DNA from: Methanococcoides sp.
GTDB taxonomy: Archaea > Halobacteriota > Methanosarcinia > Methanosarcinales > Methanosarcinaceae
Length of the DNA: 40,000 nt
Reading direction: 5' to 3'
NCBI GenBank assembly: GCA_021108275.1
Contig: JAIORD010000024.1
Location: 61,172 to 101,171, forward strand
Below are positions 10,774 to 19,325 of this stretch, in pieces (positions within the stretch are counted from its first letter, which is position 1; every line of letters starts with the position of its first letter). The notes under the pieces are model-generated. The model worked only from the letters and a program-made list of their open reading frames with translations. It ran no database searches and was not told the DNA's origin. The translations under genes were made by a program, and so were the position numbers.

Positions 10774-10912
10774 ATCGGTAAGGTAACGATCCGTCGATCT
10801 GATATACGGTAAGGCGGTATCCTATTGCGTGCGTGCACATATCCATGATGTGAACTGGTCCCTGTGAACATTGTACAATACTGCACAACTTTTTGGAGAG
10901 TTAACGATGCCC

Positions 10913-10954
10913 TGCGACTGTGGTTTAGTGGTATGACCTGAGCTTCCCAAGCTT
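10913..10954 (+). repeat. attR: 42-bp direct repeat identical to 4555..4596
   Basis: Exact match to attL. It overlaps tRNA-Gly positions 1-41. Confidence 0.9.
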
Positions 10955-10984
10955 AGAACCCGGGTTCGAATCCCGGCAGCCGCA
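10914..10984 (+). tRNA. tRNA-Gly (anticodon CCC)
   Basis: Manual cloverleaf: acceptor GCGACTG/CAGCCGC with one A4:C69 mismatch, D-loop AGTGGTA, anticodon arm TGAGC-TTCCCAA-GCTTA, T-arm CCGGG-TTCGAAT-CCCGG, discriminator A. A T-run follows. Confidence 0.8.
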
Positions 10985-10992
10985 TCTTTTTT
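10985..10992 (+). terminator. Oligo-T terminator after tRNA-Gly
   Basis: tctttttt lies directly after the discriminator base. Confidence 0.4.
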
Positions 10993-11047
10993 GTGTATAA
11001 GTAACAGCTAGATAGATTACTTATTATAAATTTAGAGTTTGTTCGAA

Positions 11048-11068
11048 GTTCGAATCCAATCCCCCGCA
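11048..11068 (+). other. Orphan tRNA 3'-end-like remnant (T-loop plus acceptor 3' strand) at the casposon target
   Basis: gttcgaatccaatcccccgca resembles a GTTCGAATC T-loop plus a CCCCCGC-A acceptor 3' strand. No complementary 5' T-stem or 5' half lies upstream. Confidence 0.45.
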
Positions 11069-11081
11069 CAGCAAGTCGGGG
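11062..11081. repeat. Left copy of the 20-bp direct repeat flanking the casposon (target-site duplication)
   Basis: ccccgcacagcaagtcgggg is identical to 19665..19684 and directly abuts the TIR. Confidence 0.85.
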
Positions 11082-11117
11082 ATATAGGTAAGTCCATTTT
11101 TTTGTACGCGGTTGTGC
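11082..11117 (+). repeat. Casposon left terminal inverted repeat
   Basis: atataggtaagtccatttttttgtacgcggttgtgc compared with the reverse complement of 19629..19664, atataggtaacttgatttttttgtacggggttgtgc. Confidence 0.85.
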
Positions 11118-11297
11118 TGTCAATGTGCACATGCATTATTCAAATATCTTAAATATATAACACGATATTTTAATAATACCCGAATTTGTCTGAATAATAT
11201 TAAGTTATGCAATTGTATTAGAAAATATACCATGAGCGTTTTAAAGTATTTTTTACGACGTGCCTTTAAATAAAAAGAAATTTAAGAGTACTGCTGT

Positions 11298-12707
11298 ATG
11301 GAAAAAGAAGAGATTACAAAATCTATTGTTTTACCAGTAATTGTTGGAATTATTGTGCTATTAGTCTCATCTTTTGGAGTTAATTTATATATTGATCACC
11401 AAGAAACAAAAACAGAACTTGAGTATCATTTTGATCAAGCAAATAATTTTCACACCAAAGACCAATTTGAAGAAGCAATTGATGAATATGACAAGATTTT
11501 AAAAATCTCCTACAATGAATTTCCTTCTGAGTATGCATTAGCTCAAAATAATATTGGTAGCTCATACAGCCTTTTAGCCGAAATTGAAGACTCGGAAATA
11601 AATGCCGAGAATGCAATTAATTCCTACCAACAAGCCCTCGATTTTTATACAGTTGAAAAATACCCACTCGAATTTGCAAAGACACAATATGGTCTTGGAA
11701 ATGCATATTTGAATTTAGCTGAGATCAGAGATACAGAAACAAACATTGAAAACGCTATCAATGCCTTCCAAAAAGCTCTAGATGTAACTACAGTTGAGAA
11801 ATATCCAACCGGTTATGCAGCAACACAAAATAGTCTTGGAAATGCATATTTGAGTTCAGCTGAGGTAAGAGATACAGAAACAAATATTGAAAACGCTATC
11901 AATGCCTATCAAAAAGCTCTAGAGGTATCTACAATTGACACTTACCCCTTTGACTATGCGTCTACTCAAAATAATCTTGGGAATGCATATTTTAGTTTAG
12001 CTGAGGTAAGAGATACAGAAACAAATATTGAAAACGCTATCAATGCGTATCAAAAAGCTCTAGAGGTATCTACAATTGAAACTTACCCCTTCGAATATGC
12101 GTCTACTCAAAATAATCTTGGAAATGCCTATAAGAGTTTAGCTGAGATCCGAGACAAGAAAATAAACATTGAAAAAGCTATTAATACCTATCAAAAATCA
12201 CTAGAAGTATTTACAGTTGAAAAATATCCTCTTAGATATGCAGCAACTCAAATTAATCTTGGAAGCGCATATAGGGTTTTAGCTGAGGCTAGAGATACGG
12301 AAACAAATTCTGAACATGCTATTAATGCCTATCAAAAATCACTAGACATATATACAGTTGAGAATTATCCATTAATCTATGCTGGAACCCAAAATAATCT
12401 TGGGAATGCATATAGGGTTTTGGCTGAGGTTAGAGATACGGAAACAAATGCTGAACATTCCATTGCAGCGTTCCAAAAAGCTCTAGAAGTATATACAGTT
12501 GAAAAATATCCAATTAATTATGCAGATACTCAAAATAATCTTGGAACAGCATATATGGTCTTGTCAGGGGTTAGGAATAAAGAAACAAATGTTGAAAACG
12601 CTATTATTGCCTTCCAAAAAGCTCTAAACGTATATATATCCGAGGAATATCCTATAAAATATAATAATACATTAAATAATATTAAAAAAGCTATGGAATT
12701 TGGTTAA
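11298..12707 (+). CDS. Membrane-anchored TPR-like repeat protein (about 8.3 tandem 47-aa repeats), casposon cargo
   Basis: N-terminal TM helix (IVLPVIVGIIVLLVSSFGV), then repeats of YAxTQNNLGNAYxxLAEVRDTETNIENAINAYQKALEVxTxExYP. The units starting at 11859 and at 12000 are near-identical at the DNA level. Confidence 0.8.
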   Translation: MEKEEITKSIVLPVIVGIIVLLVSSFGVNLYIDHQETKTELEYHFDQANNFHTKDQFEEAIDEYDKILKISYNEFPSEYALAQNNIGSSYSLLAEIEDSEINAENAINSYQQALDFYTVEKYPLEFAKTQYGLGNAYLNLAEIRDTETNIENAINAFQKALDVTTVEKYPTGYAATQNSLGNAYLSSAEVRDTETNIENAINAYQKALEVSTIDTYPFDYASTQNNLGNAYFSLAEVRDTETNIENAINAYQKALEVSTIETYPFEYASTQNNLGNAYKSLAEIRDKKINIEKAINTYQKSLEVFTVEKYPLRYAATQINLGSAYRVLAEARDTETNSEHAINAYQKSLDIYTVENYPLIYAGTQNNLGNAYRVLAEVRDTETNAEHSIAAFQKALEVYTVEKYPINYADTQNNLGTAYMVLSGVRNKETNVENAIIAFQKALNVYISEEYPIKYNNTLNNIKKAMEFG

Positions 12708-12742
12708 GTCCAATATGCAACTTAATCCTATAAATTTTATTT

Positions 12743-13960
12743 TCATAAATCAAGCCTAAACCCCTTTCCCCAATTTTCCAATCTTTCCTTCACATGAGCA
12801 TTCAAACTAAATGGCTTATCACTCATAGCGTTCTGTTTCATGTAATGTAAAGTACCTTTAGAAAACCCCATCTTCTTCCATTCAGTATAAGGCATGTCAA
12901 TGATCTTCTTCCTCAACAGATCAGTATCATCCCTCTCACCCACATAAACAGGTTTGCTAAACTCAACAGTTTTTCTCTTTCCTACAAGTTGATGACTTAA
13001 TTCCCTTGCTTTAACCAAAAGAACAGATTCCCAAGAACTATTCTTCTTCCTATACTCAACTTTGCCATTCATCATAGAATTAAACTCTTCAGTAACCTTC
13101 CTTGCTCCAGTAGGTTTGAGCCTCAATGAAAAGCTCTCAGTCCTGATAAAATCCTTACTATCCATAACTCCTTTTTCAATCAAGTTCATTACAGTAAGAT
13201 CCACAATGAACCTGAATGGTTCTTGGAGATCATAGGCTAAACTGTTCTTACTTGGATTCATCTCATGAAGAAAACCTACATGAGCATCAAGACCAACTGA
13301 ATTGATGGCTCTCAGGCATTCAGATTCAAGTAATGCATAACCATAATTAAGCATAACATTGACTTTATCTCCTGAGTTAGAAGCTCTGGCATTATTATCA
13401 GTCCTTGCTCTGAAATCGTATTCATCAGGAATAGCTTTTGCATACTCATTCCAGTACTTCCAAGCAACTCCACCTTCAATCCCAAGTATCTCTCTTACAG
13501 ATTTAGTATTCTCAAGTTTACTCTTATCAACGGAGAAATCATAATCAATCTCAGGATACCTTTGTTTAAGGTAATTAAGGACAGTTTCAGATTTGGAGAA
13601 CTTGGCTTCAATGAACTTCTTAGCAAGCTTTACTCTTGTATCCTGATCTTCATAAGCATGGTATTGAGCAAACTTTGTCTTGACATTAGTACTTTCAGAA
13701 GGAAGCATTGTTGTTAGAAGTTTACCGTTCCAATCTAGTATAGTGATCTGTACATTGTGTTTAATCAACCATCTGATAGCTTCAAAGCTTAGAGATCCAC
13801 TTCTTCCATACACAACAATACTATCAATATCCATCCTCTTTGGAGAGAATACATACTCTTCAGGTTCTTCAGTTGCTGAAAATCTGCCATCTTTGATATG
13901 GAGTTTAGCACCATCAACACGCATGTTAATTCCGTGACCGTTTAGAAGTAACAATTTCAT
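12743..13960 (-). CDS. cas1: Cas1-family integrase (casposase) with C-terminal HTH extension
   Basis: 405 aa with Cas1 hallmark blocks YALLESECLRAINSVGLDAHVGFLHE....SLAYDLQEPFRFIVD. It lies inside a TIR-bounded element and has no cas2 or CRISPR partner. Confidence 0.9.
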   Translation of the reverse strand: MKLLLLNGHGINMRVDGAKLHIKDGRFSATEEPEEYVFSPKRMDIDSIVVYGRSGSLSFEAIRWLIKHNVQITILDWNGKLLTTMLPSESTNVKTKFAQYHAYEDQDTRVKLAKKFIEAKFSKSETVLNYLKQRYPEIDYDFSVDKSKLENTKSVREILGIEGGVAWKYWNEYAKAIPDEYDFRARTDNNARASNSGDKVNVMLNYGYALLESECLRAINSVGLDAHVGFLHEMNPSKNSLAYDLQEPFRFIVDLTVMNLIEKGVMDSKDFIRTESFSLRLKPTGARKVTEEFNSMMNGKVEYRKKNSSWESVLLVKARELSHQLVGKRKTVEFSKPVYVGERDDTDLLRKKIIDMPYTEWKKMGFSKGTLHYMKQNAMSDKPFSLNAHVKERLENWGKGFRLDL

Positions 13961-13966
13961 TAGAAA

Positions 13967-14914
13967 TCACCATCCTCTAACATTATCTTTAAAAGGATCT
14001 TCTTTCATTCCAAGATTAATAAGAGATCTAACTCGAATCTCAGCAATGAATTGAGCAGGCTCATCTTCACCATCAAGCCTTAATTGTTCTTCAAAATTGT
14101 ATAGTTCTTCTCGATGTTCTTCTATTATGTTAGCTGTGTACTCTGATTCATAATCATGAACTATATCATGAAGATTTTCTAAAGTCTCAGCATCCTTCTT
14201 GAGTCTTTCAATAACAGACGCATCATTGTAATGTCCAAGTAAATAGATGATATGAGTTCTAAGATTTGTATATCTTGTCAATGGTTCAGGGTATCTATCT
14301 AATAATAATCTAAGATTTTCAATTGTCTCAGATTCATTAGCAGGATCAATGTTCTTTTTATCAATATAAGTATAAATTATTCTGAGAATATGTTCAATTA
14401 AAGTAATATCATCAGCTTTAAGTTGAGATACAAGCAGGTCTAATTGCTTTGGATTAAGAACATAATTCTGTTCATATCTTTCAATCTCTTTCAAAGCCAT
14501 TTTTTGCTGAATAGGATTATTAAATTTAAGTTTATTAATGACAGAATCTAAATGAGATAATATTTCTTCAGTTCGTCTTAATGTAACATAACAAGAACGT
14601 TTATCTTCATCTTTTATTCCAAATTGTTGGAGATCTTCAAACTTCAACACAAGTAGAATTCCTTTGCCCTGCATGTCATAGAGTTTTCTTTGAATATTTT
14701 CAACGCTATAGCCTCTGGTTTTCTTAAATTTAGTTCTTAATTTTTCAATGAGATCCCGTTTTCTTATAAAAGGGATAGTTTGTAAGATCGAAATCACATT
14801 ATACTCAAACTCATTAGTATTTTTATAAGAATTATAGTTATTCTTATCTGTATTTATATTCAAATTCATACTCAAACTTATAGTTAAATTTGATACAAAT
14901 AGGTATTGGTGCAT
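13967..14914 (-). CDS. Hypothetical casposon protein with N-terminal winged-helix-like region
   Basis: ORF of 315 aa; the likely start is the internal MNLNINT at 14869. It lies directly upstream of cas1 on the same strand (cas1 start 13960 is 6 nt below its stop at 13967). I recognise no family. Confidence 0.55.
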   Translation of the reverse strand: MHQYLFVSNLTISLSMNLNINTDKNNYNSYKNTNEFEYNVISILQTIPFIRKRDLIEKLRTKFKKTRGYSVENIQRKLYDMQGKGILLVLKFEDLQQFGIKDEDKRSCYVTLRRTEEILSHLDSVINKLKFNNPIQQKMALKEIERYEQNYVLNPKQLDLLVSQLKADDITLIEHILRIIYTYIDKKNIDPANESETIENLRLLLDRYPEPLTRYTNLRTHIIYLLGHYNDASVIERLKKDAETLENLHDIVHDYESEYTANIIEEHREELYNFEEQLRLDGEDEPAQFIAEIRVRSLINLGMKEDPFKDNVRGW

Positions 14915-14931
14915 ATATTAACTTGATTAAC

Positions 14932-15081
14932 ATGGATTCAATAAACGATACACAAAGAGTTCTTGCAACTCTCTCTCCTTACATCAAGGAGAAACTAGTA
15001 CAGATGTCAGATAAATTTGGATGCTCTCAGGCTGAAGTTGTCAGGATAGCATTGTTGAAGCTTTGGGAGGCTGAGAAATGA
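14932..15081 (+). CDS. Ribbon-helix-helix (CopG/Arc-like) DNA-binding protein
   Basis: MDSINDTQRVLATLSPYIKEKLVQMSDKFGCSQAEVVRIALLKLWE has a beta-strand/helix/helix pattern. It is the first gene of the operon leading to polB, and its stop overlaps the next start (ATGA). Confidence 0.6.
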   Translation: MDSINDTQRVLATLSPYIKEKLVQMSDKFGCSQAEVVRIALLKLWEAEK

Positions 15082-15716
15082 CTCTCAAGCGATTCTCAAA
15101 GGATTATAAGAACTATGGAGATTGGCTTAAAGCTCAACCAAGAACTTCAGAATATGCTAAAAGAGTAGTCAGGTTTCATGAAAAATTTCCAACTCTCAGC
15201 CTGAATGATTTGAGAAATACAAGACTCAAAGATCATAATCTAAGTACAGTTTCATGGAAAGTTCTGAAAGCACAACAAAAGAGAGATAGGAAACTATCCC
15301 TTGAAGTTCTCAGAACTATGAGGAAAGGGATTTCATTTTCAAAGGCAATTGAGAAAACAGGAGCTAACAAGAAGAACATAATTAGTAATCTTGGAAAATA
15401 CCTGTACAAATCAAAAGGGAAATGGAGAGTAACAGCTTCAGATAGAATTGAATCTGAAATGATGTTCTATGATAGAGATAAGGGCTTGATCTCTATTGTT
15501 GCAACAAGATCAAAAGATAGGAGCTTAATTGCTGAATATTTCAATGCTGTTAATCAAGCGTTGAGATCTAATGATACAAAGTTTTTGAAGAAATTTGAAA
15601 ATGCAACAGTCATTGATGCTGAAGGTAATGAGCATTATTTTGTAACAGACTTGGAAAGACTTTATGAGATTCAGGATGCACAGGAAGAGCCTGAATTCTT
15701 TGAATTATATGTTTAA
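15078..15716 (+). CDS. Hypothetical casposon protein with a putative HTH
   Basis: 212 aa. The segment LEVLRTMRKGISFSKAIEKTGANKKNIISNLG is HTH-like. It is translationally coupled within the RHH-HNH-polB operon. Confidence 0.5.
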   Translation: MTLKRFSKDYKNYGDWLKAQPRTSEYAKRVVRFHEKFPTLSLNDLRNTRLKDHNLSTVSWKVLKAQQKRDRKLSLEVLRTMRKGISFSKAIEKTGANKKNIISNLGKYLYKSKGKWRVTASDRIESEMMFYDRDKGLISIVATRSKDRSLIAEYFNAVNQALRSNDTKFLKKFENATVIDAEGNEHYFVTDLERLYEIQDAQEEPEFFELYV

Positions 15717-15732
15717 TTGGAGAGTGGATACT

Positions 15733-16065
15733 ATGGATAAAGAAGCTTACAGGAAGAATATTAGCAAGTACAAGAAAGGGAAGAAACCACCTATTGCATG
15801 TTCAGTATGTGGAGAAGATAATTCAGAAGTTATTGAAATGCACCATGTTGATGGAAGAAATACTTCAGATTGGGTAAAACCACTATGCAAGAATTGTCAT
15901 GCTAAGATTACAGCAGAACAGAATAAGATCAGTCCAAAGAAGAGATCTAAAACAACATCCTCAGAAAATCTAACAGCTTTCAACATCATTTCCATTGGTG
16001 CTTTGCTAAAACTACTTGGAGACCGTTTAATCAATCTTGGAATGGAGATGACTGTAAATGTCTAA
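15733..16065 (+). CDS. HNH endonuclease
   Basis: CSVCGEDNSEVIEMHHVDGRNTSDWVKPLCKNCHAKIT (Cys pairs plus HH...N...H). A GGAG-like RBS precedes the ATG at 15733, and the gene overlaps the polB start. Confidence 0.8.
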   Translation: MDKEAYRKNISKYKKGKKPPIACSVCGEDNSEVIEMHHVDGRNTSDWVKPLCKNCHAKITAEQNKISPKKRSKTTSSENLTAFNIISIGALLKLLGDRLINLGMEMTVNV

Positions 16066-18730
16066 GATCGCTGTTAGAGGATATACTCAGAAGATCAAGA
16101 AATCTTCAGTTAATCCTTTTTTCAAACCAAAGGATGTTCCATTAAGGCATGATAGGGTATTAGCCTTTGATACTGAAACAACAATAGATCAAAATCAGAA
16201 TTTTAAGATAGGACATTTCAAGATAAAACAGAATGGGTATATTCAGCATGAAGGTATGTTTTATGATACTTCTATGCTTACCGATGTTGAAATAAAAGTA
16301 TGTGAAGTATATACTTCAGAGCATGATATACCACTTTATACTCTAAATGAATTCATTGATGAGGTATTTTATCCTGAAATATTTGGTTTGAAAACTCTTT
16401 GTATTGGCTTCAACCTTCCCTTTGATATTAGCAGGATCTCTAAAAGAGTTGGAGATTCAAGAGGGAGAAATAAAGGAGGATTTACTTTTACACTTTCAGA
16501 TAATAGGTTCAATCCTCCTATTATTGTTACAAAAATGGGAGATGCTTCTAATTTTAAATTTACATCAACCAAGATAAACAAAGGAAAAGATAAATTTTCA
16601 GGTTATTTCCTTGATGTTCAAAAGTTAGCAGAGGTATTGCTCCAGAAGAAGCATATTTCACTTGATAAAGCATGTGAGATGCTTAATACCAATGTCAAAA
16701 AGATGAAAAATATTAAGCATGGAAAAGTAACTGAGAAATACATTGATTATTTGATTGCTGATGTTGAATCTACATATCAAGTTTATGAAAAATTGATTGA
16801 TGAGCTTGATCTTTATCAGATAAATATCCCACCAACTAAGATATTCAGTTCTGCGTCAATTGGCAAACAATCTCTTAAACAATTGGGTATTCAGTCATTT
16901 TTAGATCTTAACCCTGAATTTTCTTCAGAAACCATTGGAAACAACATGACTTCTTACTATGGGGGAAGATGTGAATGTAAGATCAGAAAAGAACCTACAA
17001 AAGTTACAGTTCTTGATTTTACAAGCATGTATCCAACTGTTACAATGATGATGGATCTCTGGAAATTCATGATAGCTGAATCTCTTGAAACTAAGGATGT
17101 TACTAATGAGATAAAGGACATGTTATCAAACCTAAACCTTAATTATCTTCAAAATAAGGGCAACTGGAATGATCTTGTTGTAATGGTAAAGTTACATGCG
17201 GAAGATGATATTTTACCTGTAAGGATGGATTATAAGGGTAATAATACAGGTTATAACGTTGGGGTAAATTACCTTAGTTCTGGTAATGAATTATGGTACG
17301 CTTTACCTGATGTAATTTCATCTGTTCTATTAACGGGTAAAGTTCCTAAGATCATTGAAGCTATTAGGTATATTCCAAAAGGTATTCAGAAAGGTTTGAA
17401 GAAATCTCAAATTCTTGGAATTGATATTGATCCTACAAAAGATAATCTTGTTCAGGTACTTGTTGAAGCAAGACAGAATCTTAAAATTCAAATGAAGAGC
17501 ATTGATAAAGAAGATCCTGAATATCAACAATTGAAAAGCAGGGCACAGGCTATTAAGATTTTAGTTAATGCCATGAGTTATGGAATTTTCATTGAGCTTA
17601 ATCCTGAAGATAAGAAAAGTGATATTCAAGTTTATGGATTGGATGAGTTCAATACTTCTGAGAACAGGTTTGAGAAAGCAGGAAATTATTTTCATCCTTT
17701 ACTTGCTGTCATGATTACAGCAGGATCTAAATTGTTCTTGGCAATGGCTGAAGCTAAATTAAAAGAACTTGGTTCAGTTCATGCTTACATGGATACAGAT
17801 TCTATTTTTGTTCCTCCTGAACATGCTCAAGAGATTATTAATTATTTCCAACCTCTCAATCCTTACAGTCTTGATATTGATCTGTTGAAAGCTGAGAAAG
17901 AAGATATGTGGTTTTATGGAATCTCATCAAAAAGATATGCACTTTATAATCTTGAAGATGGAGAAATCAAGTTCATGGATGGAGAGAGATCTTTCAAATT
18001 GCATGGACTTGGACATTTAACAAATCCATTTCCAAAGGCTGTTGAAGATTGGCAGGCTGAGATATGGGAAGATATTCTTAAACTTCATTATGGAATGATC
18101 TCTGAAGCTGATATTGAAGAGAAGTATTCAAATATGTATGCTATTTCAAGGCTTACTGTTTCAACTCCAAATGTTTTGCATAGGTTTGATACGATTAATA
18201 AAGGCAAGGAATGGGAAGATCAAATCAAATCATTCAATTTCTATCATGTTGGGTTTCAGGTTGCTGAAGAAGATGGTAAGGCAGTCAAGCCTTTATCTCC
18301 TTTCTCAAATGATCCTCAAAGTATTGTTTATGAACCATTTATTGATTATGGAACAGGCGAAATCAAGGAAGGATCACATTATTTCAAACCATTGAGTAGG
18401 ACAATAATGCAGTATGTGGAACATCTTGAGCATAAGTTTGATGGAGATATTGGTATTCTTGAAAGAAAGCATGTACATGCTGATTCTGTTATTTATATTG
18501 GAAAGGAAGCCAATAATATTGATGAACAGGAATTGGATGTAAAGAAGGCTCAAGAGTTTGTTGATGAGAAGTTAGTTTATGGTTTTATTTTGAATCTTAC
18601 TCCTGAGAAAGCAAGGGAGATTGGAATTAAACATAGAAGTGCTTTGGCTTATTTGAAGAAAAAAGCAAAGGAGGGAGATTTAAATTTTAGGTCTAGGAAC
18701 GTAAAGATAATAGTTAAATCTGTAAATTAA
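16058..18730 (+). CDS. polB: Family B DNA polymerase (casposon PolB)
   Basis: 890 aa with Exo I AFDTETT, motif B KILVNAMSYGIF and motif C YMDTDSIFV. Confidence 0.92.
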   Translation: MSKIAVRGYTQKIKKSSVNPFFKPKDVPLRHDRVLAFDTETTIDQNQNFKIGHFKIKQNGYIQHEGMFYDTSMLTDVEIKVCEVYTSEHDIPLYTLNEFIDEVFYPEIFGLKTLCIGFNLPFDISRISKRVGDSRGRNKGGFTFTLSDNRFNPPIIVTKMGDASNFKFTSTKINKGKDKFSGYFLDVQKLAEVLLQKKHISLDKACEMLNTNVKKMKNIKHGKVTEKYIDYLIADVESTYQVYEKLIDELDLYQINIPPTKIFSSASIGKQSLKQLGIQSFLDLNPEFSSETIGNNMTSYYGGRCECKIRKEPTKVTVLDFTSMYPTVTMMMDLWKFMIAESLETKDVTNEIKDMLSNLNLNYLQNKGNWNDLVVMVKLHAEDDILPVRMDYKGNNTGYNVGVNYLSSGNELWYALPDVISSVLLTGKVPKIIEAIRYIPKGIQKGLKKSQILGIDIDPTKDNLVQVLVEARQNLKIQMKSIDKEDPEYQQLKSRAQAIKILVNAMSYGIFIELNPEDKKSDIQVYGLDEFNTSENRFEKAGNYFHPLLAVMITAGSKLFLAMAEAKLKELGSVHAYMDTDSIFVPPEHAQEIINYFQPLNPYSLDIDLLKAEKEDMWFYGISSKRYALYNLEDGEIKFMDGERSFKLHGLGHLTNPFPKAVEDWQAEIWEDILKLHYGMISEADIEEKYSNMYAISRLTVSTPNVLHRFDTINKGKEWEDQIKSFNFYHVGFQVAEEDGKAVKPLSPFSNDPQSIVYEPFIDYGTGEIKEGSHYFKPLSRTIMQYVEHLEHKFDGDIGILERKHVHADSVIYIGKEANNIDEQELDVKKAQEFVDEKLVYGFILNLTPEKAREIGIKHRSALAYLKKKAKEGDLNFRSRNVKIIVKSVN

Positions 18731-18878
18731 TGGCTCTGTAGAAATCCTCTAAATTCATATAATTATGCTTATCAATAAAACTTCAAAACGTAGCTCTGAA
18801 TCTTGCTTACTTTTGCTGAATTTTGATTATAGATGTTGATTTAGATAGGTTTTCTACAAAGTCAAATTTTGTTCTTTA

Positions 18879-19325
18879 TTACAAAGGTGCTGGTATAAAT
18901 ACTCCAGGTGTTACCCAACTAGAGCCCAAACCGACCCCCTTTCCCTTATCCATGCTCTTCATCAATGTAAATTCTAGCGCAACGTACGCTGCTATAAGAG
19001 GCGCCACTGGCGCAAGCGGTGGAATTGCTGCTATCATACCTCCAACTGCGATAGTAATATCCCCTACAGTGTTTAAGTCATTCATAACAGGTTCTGGGAA
19101 TCTAATTATATACCCCCACCAGTAGCCCTTGAACGAAACAACATCTTTCTTAGCTTGAACTGCTAATTCTTTCTTGAAACTTTGTTCAATATGTTCTAAT
19201 TTAAGCATGTCCAAATTATTTTCTTTATAAATTTTAGAGATGTTTTCATGTAATAGTTTACGAAATTCTACATCTTCTTCAAATTTTTGCCCCATTGCTT
19301 GACTCATGCTTTCAAATTCATTCAT
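18879..19325 (-). CDS. Hypothetical protein with a Gly/Ala/Pro-rich hydrophobic C-terminal half (casposon cargo)
   Basis: 148 aa: an N-terminal charged helical region, then GDITIAVGGMIAAIPPLAPVAPLIAAYVALEF. I recognise no family. Confidence 0.45.
   Translation of the reverse strand: MNEFESMSQAMGQKFEEDVEFRKLLHENISKIYKENNLDMLKLEHIEQSFKKELAVQAKKDVVSFKGYWWGYIIRFPEPVMNDLNTVGDITIAVGGMIAAIPPLAPVAPLIAAYVALEFTLMKSMDKGKGVGLGSSWVTPGVFIPAPL

Larger units (their letters stand above)
4555..10954. mobile_element. Integrated element (provirus or plasmid-like, about 6.4 kb) with an SSV-type split tyrosine integrase, inserted in tRNA-Gly(CCC)
   Basis: Exact 42-bp att repeats lie at both ends and the integrase C-part abuts attR. 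A minus-strand ORF through attL joins in frame to the integrase frame through attR. The content is mosaic (casposase fragments, histidine kinase, wHTH, SEC-C protein). Confidence 0.75.

Noticed and set aside
10670-10888. 72-aa minus-strand ORF overlapping the 5' region of the integrase
   Set aside because: It is in a different frame from both int(C) and the att-spanning frame. The att-spanning frame gives the coherent 352-codon reconstruction, so this ORF is treated as spurious.
11048-11068. A second functional tRNA gene downstream of tRNA-Gly
   Set aside because: Only the T-loop and 3' acceptor strand are recognisable. The 5' T-stem (CGAAG against CCAAT) does not pair, and no D arm or anticodon arm exists upstream.
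11500-12650. Regular 141-nt periodic repeats that could be mistaken for a CRISPR or satellite array
   Set aside because: The periodicity lies entirely within one long open reading frame and encodes 47-aa TPR-like units. No unique spacers separate the repeats.
12743-13960. Cas1 gene as evidence for a CRISPR-Cas adaptation module
   Set aside because: There is no cas2, cas4 or effector gene and no CRISPR repeat array anywhere in the window. The gene lies inside a TIR/TSD-bounded element with PolB and HNH, so it is called a casposase.
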